The notes under the pieces are model-generated. The model saw nothing but the letters and a program-made list of their open reading frames with translations, did no database searches and was not told the DNA's origin. Source: Alphaproteobacteria bacterium (GTDB lineage Bacteria > Pseudomonadota > Alphaproteobacteria > GCA-2746255). Taken from it: a stretch of DNA of 64,000 nucleotides. Below are positions 1-9,683 of this stretch, piece by piece. Made by a program: the position numbers and the translations under genes. The DNA is taken from positions 576,001-640,000 of the forward strand of contig OZ252220.1 in assembly GCA_965249135.1 (NCBI GenBank), read 5' to 3'. Position 1 is the first letter of the stretch; each line of letters begins with the position of its first letter.

Positions 1-216
1 TATTTCCGGCCTGAATGTCAGGCGACTCGCCATTGCTGCCATGCATTTCTTTTAGTTTCACGCGCATCGTACGTTACTCAGCAAAAAAACACCTACCTGC
101 GTCTTCTATGAGTCAGGAGCTTAGGCCTTTCGCTTTAACAAAAAGTAAAATGGTGTCTCTAAACTATATGAAATTGCAACGAAATTTCAGGCCGGCTCAT
201 TATGGATTCGCTAAGG

Positions 217-1725
217 TTAACGGGATTTCCTCAACTCTGACAACGCCTTTGGCAAATTTTCTGGCAAATCCTCTGAAATAAGGCCGATACCGATCCGTCG
301 GGCCGTTTCGCCATGGAGCCAAGCGGCGGCGGCGGCGGCATCGAAAGGCGCCATTCCCTGGGCCAGCAAGCCAAGGATCATGCCCGCCAACACGTCGCCG
401 GAACCCGCCGTCGCCAGGCTTGGCGGGGCGTTCCAGTTGATGACGGCCTGGCCATCCGGCGCGGCGATGACCGTATCGGCCCCCTTCAGCAGGACGATGG
501 CGTTGCTCCGCCGGGCCGCCTCCCGGGCCCGGCTCAGCTTGTCCCCCCGGTCGTCGAACAGGCGGGCAAACTCGCCTTCATGGGGGGTCAGCACGGCGGG
601 GCCCTGGATCGCCGCGAAGAGGTCTTCGGACGCACCCTCGAAGACGCTGAGGGCATCGGCGTCCAGGACGCAAGGCCGGCCCGTAGCAAGGACTTCCAGC
701 ACCTTCGACCGGGTCTCCTTGGTCACTCCGCAGCCCGGGCCCAGCAGAAAGGCCCGTTTGCGCAGATCGGCGATGAGGTCCTGGAAGGCCGCGTCGCCGG
801 CCACCGGATGGACGAGAATGCTCGGGCTTTCGGCGGCATAGATCGCCACCGCCTTCGGCGGGCTTGCCACCGTCACCAGGCCGGCCCCGATGCGCAGCGC
901 CGCCCTGGCTGCCAGCCTGGCCGCCCCCGTCATCACCGCCCCTCCGACGACGACGACATGGCCACTGCTGTATTTGTGATCGCTGGGCTTCGGCCACGGA
1001 TAGCGGTCCAGCCAGAGCTCCGGATCGTTCGCAAACAAGCTTGGGCTTATCCGCGCCATGGCGCTGACCGGCACGCCGATATCGATGAGGACGACCTCGC
1101 CGGCAACTTCCCGGCCCGGCAACAGAAAATGGCCGGCCTTCCTGCCGATGAAGGTGACGGTAAGCGCCGAGCTTGGGGCGACGCCCAGGATTTCGCCGGT
1201 ATCGCCGTGAACGCCGCTCGGAATGTCGACGGCGACACAGGTAAGGTCGTGATTCACCCGCGCGTTGATCGCCTCGACGACGGACCGGACGCGCCCTTCC
1301 AGGGGCCGATCCAGGCCCGCCCCGAACAAGGCATCGACGACCAGCTCGGCCCCGGCGATGACTTCCGGCGTGAGCGGCAGGATCTCCGCTTCCTCCACAT
1401 CGCCGCTCTTCCAGCGTATGGCGTTCGCCTCGGCGTCCCCTTTCAGCGTAGCCAGCATCCCCAGCAGCGCCGTCTGGACCGGCCAGCCTTGCTCGCGCAG
1501 CCGCCGGGCGATGACGAAGCCATCCCCGCCATTGTTGCCGGGTCCGCAAAGAACGACGGTGGGACGCGGCGACCAACGCCGCACGATCTCGCCGGCAACG
1601 CCGCTGCCGGCCGCTTCCATAAGCTCGCCGCTGGAGACCCCCGCGACGGCGGCGGCCTGATCGACCAGGTAGTTCTCGGCGACGGTCAAGACCGCCATTT
1701 CCGCCTGCTTGTCCGCCTGTTTCAT
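217..1725 (-). CDS. nnr: Bifunctional NAD(P)H-hydrate epimerase/dehydratase (YjeF/Nnr)
   Basis: YjeF_N motif CGPGNNGGDG; carbohydrate-kinase-like C domain with TPHEGEFARL, LKGADT and ATAGSGDVLAG. Confidence 0.93.
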   Translation of the reverse strand: MKQADKQAEMAVLTVAENYLVDQAAAVAGVSSGELMEAAGSGVAGEIVRRWSPRPTVVLCGPGNNGGDGFVIARRLREQGWPVQTALLGMLATLKGDAEANAIRWKSGDVEEAEILPLTPEVIAGAELVVDALFGAGLDRPLEGRVRSVVEAINARVNHDLTCVAVDIPSGVHGDTGEILGVAPSSALTVTFIGRKAGHFLLPGREVAGEVVLIDIGVPVSAMARISPSLFANDPELWLDRYPWPKPSDHKYSSGHVVVVGGAVMTGAARLAARAALRIGAGLVTVASPPKAVAIYAAESPSILVHPVAGDAAFQDLIADLRKRAFLLGPGCGVTKETRSKVLEVLATGRPCVLDADALSVFEGASEDLFAAIQGPAVLTPHEGEFARLFDDRGDKLSRAREAARRSNAIVLLKGADTVIAAPDGQAVINWNAPPSLATAGSGDVLAGMILGLLAQGMAPFDAAAAAAWLHGETARRIGIGLISEDLPENLPKALSELRKSR

Positions 1726-1865
1726 CGTCTTGAGGATAGCGTGGGCCCCTGGGACTGTCGTGGGGAATTCTGGCGGGAATTCTGGCAGCCGGAAAAGTCT
1801 GCGCGGCGTAAACGGAACCGCTATATAGCGAAATAGTTAAACGCTTAAGATCGGGAGCAAAGCCT

Positions 1866-3116
1866 GTGAAGGTCTTGGTGCTGGGAAGCGGCGTGATCGG
1901 GGTTACGGCCGCCTACTTTCTTTCCCGTGCCGGACACGAGGTGACGGTCGTCGATCGCCGCTCCGGTCCCGGTGAAGAAACAAGCTTCGCGAATGGCGGC
2001 CAGATCTCGGCCGGCCTCGCCGAGCCCTGGGCGAACCCGGAAGTGCCCCGCAAGCTGCTGCGCTGGATCGGCCGCAAGAACGCGCCGCTTGCCTTCCATC
2101 TGCGCGCCGATCCGGACCTTTGGAGATGGGCCTTACGCTTCTTGAGCAACTGCACGGCGAAGCGCTCGGCCGCGAATCTGGAGCGCGCGCTTCGGATCGC
2201 GCTTTATAGCCGCAAGCAACTTCGCGAGATCCGCGAAGCAACCGGCATCACCTACGACGAATGGACGGAAGGGGTCCTCAAGATCTACCGCGAGGCGCGC
2301 GATTTCGAAATGGCGTGCCAACGGATGAAGGCCATGAACGCCTTGGGATCCGATCTCCGCGCATTGGATCAACGGGCCTGCCTCGATGTCGAGCCGGCCC
2401 TTGAACCGACGGCCGAAAAGATTGTCGGCGCCATCTATTCGCCAGAAGACGAGAGCGGGGACGCTTACGCATTCACGGTCAAGCTGGCCGAAGAGGCCGC
2501 CCGTCTCGGGGCGCGCTTCAAATTCGACCGGACCATCGAGGCCCTCGCCCCGAAAGGGGAGCGCATCGAACGGGTGATCACGGACCGCGAGAGTTTTTCG
2601 GCGGATGCCATCGTGCTTTCCCTTGGCAGCTACAGCCCCCTTCTCCTGCGTACCCTCGGTATCCGCCTTCCCATCTATCCGGCGAAAGGCTATTCCGTCA
2701 CGCTGCCGATCCGCGACGGCAACCGCGCGCCTTCCCGAAGCATCACCGACGAAGACAAGAAGCTGGTCTTCGGCCGCTTCGGCGACCGGCTTCGGGTCGC
2801 CGGCCGGGTCGAGTTCAAGGGCTACGATCCGAAAATCGAGTCGGCGCGCTGCCAGGCCCTCGCCGAGGATTTGGAAAGCTTCTTCCCTGGGGCCGCCGAT
2901 CAAGGCAAGCCCGACTACTGGGCGGGCCTTCGACCACTGACGCCCGACACGCTTCCCGTCATCGGGCCCAGCCGTTTTTCGAATCTTTTCCTGAACACCG
3001 GCCACGGCACCTATGGCTGGACGCTGGCGGCCGGTTCAGGCCGGATCGTTGCCGACCTGGTGGGCGGCACGCGGCCGGCCATCGAAATCGCGGACTTGGG
3101 CTGCGAGCGGTTTTAA
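1866..3116 (+). CDS. dadA: D-amino acid dehydrogenase (FAD-dependent)
   Basis: N-terminal GSGVIG dinucleotide motif, TSFANGG, YPAKGYS, WAGLRPLTPD, NTGHGTYGWT; GTG start. Confidence 0.88.
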   Translation: MKVLVLGSGVIGVTAAYFLSRAGHEVTVVDRRSGPGEETSFANGGQISAGLAEPWANPEVPRKLLRWIGRKNAPLAFHLRADPDLWRWALRFLSNCTAKRSAANLERALRIALYSRKQLREIREATGITYDEWTEGVLKIYREARDFEMACQRMKAMNALGSDLRALDQRACLDVEPALEPTAEKIVGAIYSPEDESGDAYAFTVKLAEEAARLGARFKFDRTIEALAPKGERIERVITDRESFSADAIVLSLGSYSPLLLRTLGIRLPIYPAKGYSVTLPIRDGNRAPSRSITDEDKKLVFGRFGDRLRVAGRVEFKGYDPKIESARCQALAEDLESFFPGAADQGKPDYWAGLRPLTPDTLPVIGPSRFSNLFLNTGHGTYGWTLAAGSGRIVADLVGGTRPAIEIADLGCERF

Positions 3117-3122
3117 AGAAAT

Positions 3123-3200
3123 TGGGGCGAGTGATGGGGATCGAACCCACGGCCTCCAGATCCACAATCTGGCGCTCTAACCAACTGAGCTACACCCGCC
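3123..3200 (-). tRNA. tRNA-His (GTG) with encoded G-1 and CCA
   Basis: Reverse complement GGCGGGTGTAGCTCAGTTGGTTAGAGCGCCAGATTGTGGATCTGG...GGTTCGATCCC...CACTCGCCCCA folds as a cloverleaf; anticodon GTG. Confidence 0.97.
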
Positions 3201-3358
3201 ACCAATCGGCCTGTGTAGACGCTCCCCAAGGAAGGCGTCAAGCTCGCCCGGAAGGGCCGCAGGATGAGGCCGTGCGCCCGATCCCGTGCTTTCGAATCGG
3301 GCTTGATTCGACTGGCGATTCCCTTCACGTTAGCCCTCCGAAAGACAGGCGGAAAGCC

Positions 3359-3396
3359 TGCTCATAATATAGGCATTCTTGCCTTGAAAATAACCA
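3359..3396 (+). promoter_or_regulatory. Putative tandem NtrC-binding sites upstream of glnB
   Basis: TGC-N11-GCA (TGCTCATAATATAGGCA, 3359-3375) and a weaker TGC-N11-CCA (3380-3396), about 65-100 bp upstream of the sigma54 site. Confidence 0.6.
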
Positions 3397-3459
3397 GTTC
3401 AGGGGGAGGCGGGCGCATCTGCCCGGGTTTTTTCCGTGACTTTCCAAGCCGCTTTCGTT

Positions 3460-3474
3460 TGGCACGCTCCGTGC
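3460..3474 (+). promoter_or_regulatory. Sigma54 (-24/-12) promoter of glnB-glnA
   Basis: TGGCACG-CTCC-GTGC matches TGGCACG-N4-TTGC with correct GG/GC spacing. Confidence 0.8.
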
Positions 3475-3494
3475 CTCTGCTTCGTCTTATCTGA

Positions 3495-3899
<405 letters not shown>

Positions 3900-3941
3900 C
3901 GCTTTCCAACGAATTCTCAAATCGCACACCAGGAAAAAACC

Positions 3942-5351
3942 ATGTCCGACGTAAAAAAAGCTCTTCAAATGATTAAGGATAACGACGTGAAGTACGTCGA
4001 TCTTCGCTTCACCGACCCACGTGGCAAGTGGCAGCATACCGCACAGGCCGTTAGCACGATGGACGAGGACACCTTCGTCGATGGGATCATGTTCGACGGC
4101 TCCTCGATAGCCGGCTGGAAGGCAATTCAAGAATCGGACATGACGCTGATGCCGGATCCCTCGACGGCGGTTCTTGATCCCTTCGCGGCCCAGACTTCGA
4201 TGATCATGTTCTGCGACGTCCTCGACCCGGGCACCGGCCAGGGATACGAACGGGACCCGCGCTCGACGGCGCGGCGCGCAGAAGCCTATCTGACCAGCAC
4301 CGGGCTCGGCGATCAGGCCGTCTTCGGGCCGGAGCTCGAGTTCTTCGTCTTCGATGACGTTCGCTACGACGTTTCGATGAACCACACCTTCTATGCGCTC
4401 GACTACGCGGAGGCGCCCCATGCCTCGGCCTCCGAATACGAGGAAGGCAATATCGGCCACCGGCCGCCCATCAAGGGCGGCTATTTCCCGGTGCCGCCCG
4501 TCGATTCGATGGCGGATCTGCGGGCCGAGATGCTGACCTTCATGAACGAGATGGGCATCGAGGTGGAGAAGCATCACCACGAGGTGGCGCCGGGGCAGAA
4601 CGAGCTGGGCTTCCATTTCTGCCCACTCGTCCAGTGCGGCGACGCGGTGCAAATCTACAAATACGTCGTCCACCAGGTCGCCCACGCCTACGGCAAGACC
4701 GCGACCTTCATGCCGAAACCGGTCGTCGACGACAACGGATCCGGCATGCACGTCCACCAGTCGATCCTGAAGGGCGGCAATTCGACCTTCGCCGGCAGCA
4801 GCTATGCGGACCTTTCCGAGAATGCCCTCTACTACATCGGCGGCATCATCAAGCACTGCCGGGCCATCAACGTGTTTACGAATCCGACGACGAACAGCTA
4901 CAAGCGCCTGGTGATGGGCTTCGAGGCGCCCGTCCTGCTGGCCTATTCGGCGCGCAACCGCTCGGCCGCCTGCCGCATTCCCTATTCGGCAAGCCCGAAA
5001 GGCAAGCGCGTCGAGGTCCGTTTCCCGGATCCGGCGGCGAATCCCTACCTCGCCTTCACGGCGATGCTGATGGCGGGCCTCGACGGGATCGAGAACCGGA
5101 TCCATCCGGGCGACCCGATCGACAAGAACCTCTACGACCTGCCGCCGGAAGAGCTGGAGGGGGTGCCAACCGTCTGCGGCTCGCTGCGCCAGGCGTTGGA
5201 TGCCCTGGAGGGGGACCGTACCTTCCTGACGAAGGGCGGCGTCTTCTCGGACGGCCAGATCGACGGCTATCTGGCGTTGAAGGAAGAAGAGCTAATGCGT
5301 TTCGAGACCGTTCCACATCCGGTAGAATTCGATATGTATTACAGTGTGTAA
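3942..5351 (+). CDS. glnA: Glutamine synthetase type I
   Basis: FDGSSI, HHEVA, ATFMPKP, NGSGMH, RNRSA, adenylylation site NLYDLP; 469 aa. Confidence 0.98.
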   Translation: MSDVKKALQMIKDNDVKYVDLRFTDPRGKWQHTAQAVSTMDEDTFVDGIMFDGSSIAGWKAIQESDMTLMPDPSTAVLDPFAAQTSMIMFCDVLDPGTGQGYERDPRSTARRAEAYLTSTGLGDQAVFGPELEFFVFDDVRYDVSMNHTFYALDYAEAPHASASEYEEGNIGHRPPIKGGYFPVPPVDSMADLRAEMLTFMNEMGIEVEKHHHEVAPGQNELGFHFCPLVQCGDAVQIYKYVVHQVAHAYGKTATFMPKPVVDDNGSGMHVHQSILKGGNSTFAGSSYADLSENALYYIGGIIKHCRAINVFTNPTTNSYKRLVMGFEAPVLLAYSARNRSAACRIPYSASPKGKRVEVRFPDPAANPYLAFTAMLMAGLDGIENRIHPGDPIDKNLYDLPPEELEGVPTVCGSLRQALDALEGDRTFLTKGGVFSDGQIDGYLALKEEELMRFETVPHPVEFDMYYSV

Positions 5352-5378
5352 GAAATAAATTCTAAACCAAGACTTCAA

Positions 5379-5409
5379 GAAAGGCCGCCCCTCGGAGGCG
5401 GCCTTTTTT
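5379..5409 (+). terminator. Rho-independent terminator after glnA (probably bidirectional)
   Basis: AAAGGCCGCC-loop-GGCGGCCTTTTTT hairpin plus U tract. Confidence 0.85.
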
Positions 5410-5442
5410 CATCGCTCCGGTTTCACGACTCAGGCCACCCAC

Positions 5443-5832
5443 TCAAGCCGGCGGCACTTCCCGCGGCCGGCGGTCGTCGTCGATGGCGACCATCACGAAA
5501 TTCCCCTCCGTCACCTTGACGGCCTCGCCGGAAGGCAGGCGTTCGGCCCAGGTCTCCACATGAACGGTGATCGAGGTGCGGCCGATGCCGAGGATCTTCG
5601 TGAAACAGGAAACGATATCCCCGATGAAGACCGGCAAATGAAAGGCCATCGCCTCGATCGCCACCGTCGCCACCCGCCCGCTCGCGCGCCGGCGCGCCGT
5701 CATGCCCGCGGCAAGGTCCATCTGGGAAAGCACCCAACCGCCGAAGATGTCGCCGCTTAGGTTCGCATCCCGCGCCATCGCGACGGTGCGGATCTCCGGA
5801 ACCCGCTCATTCTTGCCAGAAAATTCTTCCAT
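5443..5832 (-). CDS. Acyl-CoA thioesterase (YciA-like hotdog fold)
   Basis: DANLSGDIFGGWVLSQMDLA, GRVATVA, GRTSI. Confidence 0.88.
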   Translation of the reverse strand: MEEFSGKNERVPEIRTVAMARDANLSGDIFGGWVLSQMDLAAGMTARRRASGRVATVAIEAMAFHLPVFIGDIVSCFTKILGIGRTSITVHVETWAERLPSGEAVKVTEGNFVMVAIDDDRRPREVPPA

Positions 5833-5930
5833 GGCCCCTTCCGCAACTCCCCAAGATATCGTGGCGAACGCGCATCAAACATACCGCATCCTGCTTGCTT
5901 GGGAAATATGCGCGCCGCATAATGCCGCCC

Positions 5931-7928
5931 ATGCCCAAGCGCGCCGCCAAAAGCCCCAAGCGAACGCCCAAGAAAAAGGGCCTAAGCCGTAGCTATTCGG
6001 CGAAGGACATCGAGGTTCTGGAAGGGCTCGAACCGGTGCGCCGCCGCCCCGGCATGTATATCGGTGGCACCGATGAGGCGGCGATGCACCATCTGGCGGC
6101 CGAGGTCCTCGACAACGCGATGGACGAGGCGGTCGCGGGCTTTGCCAATCGAATCGAGATCGAGCTCGGCGCCAGCGACACCCTTACCGTTCGCGACAAC
6201 GGCCGTGGCGTACCGGTCGATCCCCATCCGAAGTTCAAGAACAAATCGGCGCTCGAGGTCATCCTGACGACACTCCACTCCGGCGGAAAGTTCGGCGGCA
6301 AGGTCTACGAGATGGCCGGCGGTCTGCACGGGGTCGGGGTTTCCGTCGTCAACGCGCTGTCCGATTCCCTTTCCATCGAGGTCATCCGCGACGGCAAGCT
6401 GTGGCGCCAGGAATATACCCGCGGCAAACCGAAGACGAAGCTGAAGGCCGCCGGGCCTGCGAAGAACCGGCGGGGCACGGCGATCTCCTTTCATCCGGAC
6501 CCGGAAATCTTCGGGCCAAAGGCAGTCTTCCGGCCCGGCCGGCTTTACCGGATGGCGCGATCGAAGGCCTACCTCTTCCGCGGTGTCGAGATTCGCTGGG
6601 CATGCGCCCAGAAGCTGGTCAAGGACACGAAGGTGCCGGCGAAGGAACGCTTTCGCTTCCCCGAGGGCCTGAAGGGCTTCCTGGAAACAACCTTGGACGA
6701 CCGCGCCGTCATCACGCCGTCTCCCTTCACGGGCGAGGCCGACTTCCCGAAGGCGGCCGGCCGCGCGGAATGGGCCATCAGCTGGCCGGAAGACGGCGAA
6801 GGGTTCATCCATTCCTACTGCAACACGATCCCCACCCCGAAAGGCGGCACCCACGAGGCGGGCCTGCGCACGGCGCTCGCCCGGGCGCTCAAGGCCTATG
6901 GGGAACTCATCGGCAATAAGCAGGCCGCACAGATCACCGGCGAAGACATCGCCGCGGGCGCTGCGATCATGCTTTCCATCTTCCTTAGCGACCCGACATT
7001 CCAGGGGCAAACGAAGGAGCGCCTTTCCTCTGCGGAGGCGCAGCGGCTCACGGAGGCAACGCTCAAGGACCATTTCGACCATTGGCTGAGCGGCGATCCG
7101 GAAACGGCGACGCTGCTTCTCGAACGCATCGTCGAGCGGGCCGAGGAGCGCTTACGTCGCCGCGAGGCGAAGGACCTCTCCCGCAAGACGCCGACCCGCA
7201 AGCTCCGTCTGCCCGGCAAGCTGACAGACTGTTCATTGAGCAGCGCGAAAGGAACGGAGATTTTCCTGGTCGAAGGGGATTCCGCAGGCGGATCCGCGAA
7301 ACAGGCCCGCGACCGCAAGACCCAAGCCGTGCTGCCGCTGCGCGGCAAGATTCTGAACGTGGCGAGCGCTTCCGACGAGAAGCTGCGCGGCAATCAGGAA
7401 ATCGCCGACCTCGTTCAGGCGCTGGGCTGCGGGACCGGCCAGCAATGCGACCCATCGAAGCTTCGCTACGAACGGATCATCGTCATGACGGACGCCGACG
7501 TCGATGGCGCCCATATCGCCTCGCTTCTGATGACCTTCTTCTTCCGGGAGATGTCGGCGCTGGTCGAGGCGGGTAGGCTCTACCTCGCCGCGCCGCCGCT
7601 CTACCGCTTAAGCCAAGGCGGCGAGACGGTGTATGCCCGGGACGACGCCCACAAGGGCCAGCTTCTGAAAGCCCGATTCAAGAGCCGGGCGAAGATCGAG
7701 ATCAGTCGCTTCAAGGGGCTGGGGGAAATGCCGGCGGCCCAATTGAAGGAAACGACGATGGACCCAAAAAAACGGACGCTCTATCGGGTCATCCTGCCCG
7801 GGAAAGGAGCGCGCAAGCAGGCAAAAGAGGTCGAGGGCCTCGTCGAAGACCTGATGGGAAGAAAGCCCGAGCGTCGGTTCGCCTACATCCAGGGGCATGC
7901 GGAGTTCGTAGAAAACCTGGACATCTGA
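5931..7928 (+). CDS. parE: DNA topoisomerase IV subunit B
   Basis: IEVLEGLEPVRRRPGMYIG, GHKL ATPase (LHSGGKF, GGLHGVG), Toprim EGDSA/PLRGKILN/MTDADVDG; lacks the GyrB insertion. Start could also be 5922. Confidence 0.9.
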   Translation: MPKRAAKSPKRTPKKKGLSRSYSAKDIEVLEGLEPVRRRPGMYIGGTDEAAMHHLAAEVLDNAMDEAVAGFANRIEIELGASDTLTVRDNGRGVPVDPHPKFKNKSALEVILTTLHSGGKFGGKVYEMAGGLHGVGVSVVNALSDSLSIEVIRDGKLWRQEYTRGKPKTKLKAAGPAKNRRGTAISFHPDPEIFGPKAVFRPGRLYRMARSKAYLFRGVEIRWACAQKLVKDTKVPAKERFRFPEGLKGFLETTLDDRAVITPSPFTGEADFPKAAGRAEWAISWPEDGEGFIHSYCNTIPTPKGGTHEAGLRTALARALKAYGELIGNKQAAQITGEDIAAGAAIMLSIFLSDPTFQGQTKERLSSAEAQRLTEATLKDHFDHWLSGDPETATLLLERIVERAEERLRRREAKDLSRKTPTRKLRLPGKLTDCSLSSAKGTEIFLVEGDSAGGSAKQARDRKTQAVLPLRGKILNVASASDEKLRGNQEIADLVQALGCGTGQQCDPSKLRYERIIVMTDADVDGAHIASLLMTFFFREMSALVEAGRLYLAAPPLYRLSQGGETVYARDDAHKGQLLKARFKSRAKIEISRFKGLGEMPAAQLKETTMDPKKRTLYRVILPGKGARKQAKEVEGLVEDLMGRKPERRFAYIQGHAEFVENLDI

Positions 7929-8019
7929 CGCCGCCGGATTGTTACGAAACGTGGTAAACCCTGATCACATTCCGGTGACACCCCCTATCCGCATTCCGGA
8001 ACATTAAGTAGGCTCATCC

Positions 8020-8207
8020 ACGGTGACGTCTGCCCTTTCGTCACCCATATCGGCAGGGTGTGCGTGCGAATTTTCTAAGGTTATTGTGCGCGATGACGAG
8101 TCCACCCAGGCCGGTTACGCCCCCCGGGCCGGAGGGCCCAAAACCAGTCGTCACAATGCCCCCTTGTCATAACTGGTTGTCCTCTGGCCGGGGGGTTTTC
8201 GTTTTTT
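8020..8207 (+). ncRNA. Candidate structured small RNA between convergent genes
   Basis: Long irregular hairpin 8120-8195 followed by a U tract, plus an upstream stem with possible pseudoknot pairing; both flanking genes end here. Confidence 0.4.
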
Positions 8208-8229
8208 CTCAGCAGACAAAGAATTCGCC

Positions 8230-8928
8230 TTAGCGCTTAAGCCACTCCATCATGGCGGCCGTCACCGCTTGGGGACGTTCCATCGTCGAAAGGTGTCCGC
8301 AATCGGCGACCACGACGAGGCGGGATTGCGGAAGGAGTTCGGCCATCTCCTCGTGCAGGTGCCGCGGCGTCAGCGCATCTTCCGCCCCGCAAAGGACGAG
8401 GGTTGGGCAGGTCACCTGCCTCAGCACGCCGTCACCCGCCTTGCGGCCAAGGATCGCCCGCTCCTGACGAAGGAACGCTTGCCTGCCGATCCGTTCCGCC
8501 ATCCCCATCACGGCATTGACCAGCGTTTCGTCGTCGAGGCGATCCTCATGGATCAGATGGGGAAGCAGCAGCGGCGTCACGCCCTTGAAGTCCCCCTTCT
8601 CGGCAAGCCCCATCATGTCCCTGCGTCGCGTTCGCTGGGCATCCGTATCCGCATAAAAATTCGTATCCAGAAGTGCGAGCCGTTCGACGCGTTCGGGCGC
8701 CAGGAGAAGAACGGCCTGGGCTACGTAGCCGCCCATCGAAAGGCCGGCCAGCGCAAACTTTTCCGGCGCGGCATCGAGCACGGAGGCCGCCATCCCCTCC
8801 ATCGAATCGTGCTTCGTCAGATCGGCGCCGATCGGCTCGGTGATGGTCTGCAAATGATCGATCTGGTGACGCCAAAGTTCGGCGTCGCAAAGCAGGCCGG
8901 GCAAGAGAACGAGAGGGATCTGGCTCAC
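8230..8928 (-). CDS. Alpha/beta fold hydrolase
   Basis: LLPGLLCD, nucleophile elbow GLSMG, GAEDALTP, CGHLS. Confidence 0.88.
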   Translation of the reverse strand: MSQIPLVLLPGLLCDAELWRHQIDHLQTITEPIGADLTKHDSMEGMAASVLDAAPEKFALAGLSMGGYVAQAVLLLAPERVERLALLDTNFYADTDAQRTRRRDMMGLAEKGDFKGVTPLLLPHLIHEDRLDDETLVNAVMGMAERIGRQAFLRQERAILGRKAGDGVLRQVTCPTLVLCGAEDALTPRHLHEEMAELLPQSRLVVVADCGHLSTMERPQAVTAAMMEWLKR

Positions 8929-8963
8929 GCGGTCTATCCTGGTCTTTTCTTCTTTATGGGGGC

Positions 8964-9506
8964 TTAACGCACGAGCTTCGAGAGTTCCCGGAACTCATCC
9001 GTTGCCGAACGCTTCAGCCATTCGAAGAAGACCATTTCCGCCGACACGATTTCGACGCCGTTGTCGCGCGCCCGCTCGATGCCCAACACCCGGTTCTCCG
9101 GCGTGCGCGAGGAGACGGCATCCGCCACGACGAAACTTTCATAGCCCGCGGAGCGAAGCCCGATCGCCGTCTGCAGGATGCAGACATGCGCCTCGATTCC
9201 GATCAGCACCACCTGTTTGCGCTTGAGTTCGGCCAGCTTCGGCAGGAAACCCGGCTCCTCCGAACAGGAAAAGCAGGTTTTCTCGAACGGTTTGCCGCCC
9301 GTATAGAGCGCGCTTAAGTCGGAAATCGTGTGACCAAGGCCTTCCGGGTATTGCTCGGACATCCGCATCGGAACGTCGAGCCGGGCGGCGGCACCCATCA
9401 GCAGGATACAGTTCCTGAGCACGGAGTTGAAATCATGAATCGCGGGCACGAATTTCTCTTGGACGTCGACGATCAAGAGAACCGACCCGTGTCGGTCAAT
9501 CAGCAT
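8964..9506 (-). CDS. Isochorismatase-family hydrolase
   Basis: IVDVQEK, SEQYPEGLG, KTCFSC, GIEAHVCILQTA. Confidence 0.88.
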   Translation of the reverse strand: MLIDRHGSVLLIVDVQEKFVPAIHDFNSVLRNCILLMGAAARLDVPMRMSEQYPEGLGHTISDLSALYTGGKPFEKTCFSCSEEPGFLPKLAELKRKQVVLIGIEAHVCILQTAIGLRSAGYESFVVADAVSSRTPENRVLGIERARDNGVEIVSAEMVFFEWLKRSATDEFRELSKLVR

Positions 9507-9596
9507 GCGAGGCTTCCCTGTCCGGACCCGATCCTTATCCCCGCCAAACCTAGCGGAAGTCCGCATCCCCGCCAAGTAAGGCGACGGTCCTGCGAA

Positions 9597-9624
9597 TTGA
9601 CAGAACGACAGGAACGCCTACACT
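9597..9624 (+). promoter_or_regulatory. Putative sigma70 promoter of the DEAD-box helicase
   Basis: TTGACA-16 nt-TACACT about 60 nt upstream of the ATG. Confidence 0.5.
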
Positions 9625-9683
9625 CCGCCCAACATGCATGGCCTTCCCCACCTCACGGACCTTCCCTCGCCCGGTTGCGGCGA

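Noticed and set aside
1763-1786. Tandem 12-mer GGGAATTCTGGC x2 between nnr and dadA
   Set aside because: Only two adjacent copies with no spacers; not CRISPR and likely a local duplication
8090-8160. Hammerhead or HDV-like ribozyme
   Set aside because: The CUGAUGA...GAAA core and HDV nested pseudoknot elements are not present
8093-8233. 46-codon Pro-rich ORF inside the candidate ncRNA
   Set aside because: No RBS, runs through the terminator, and its composition is explained by the RNA stems
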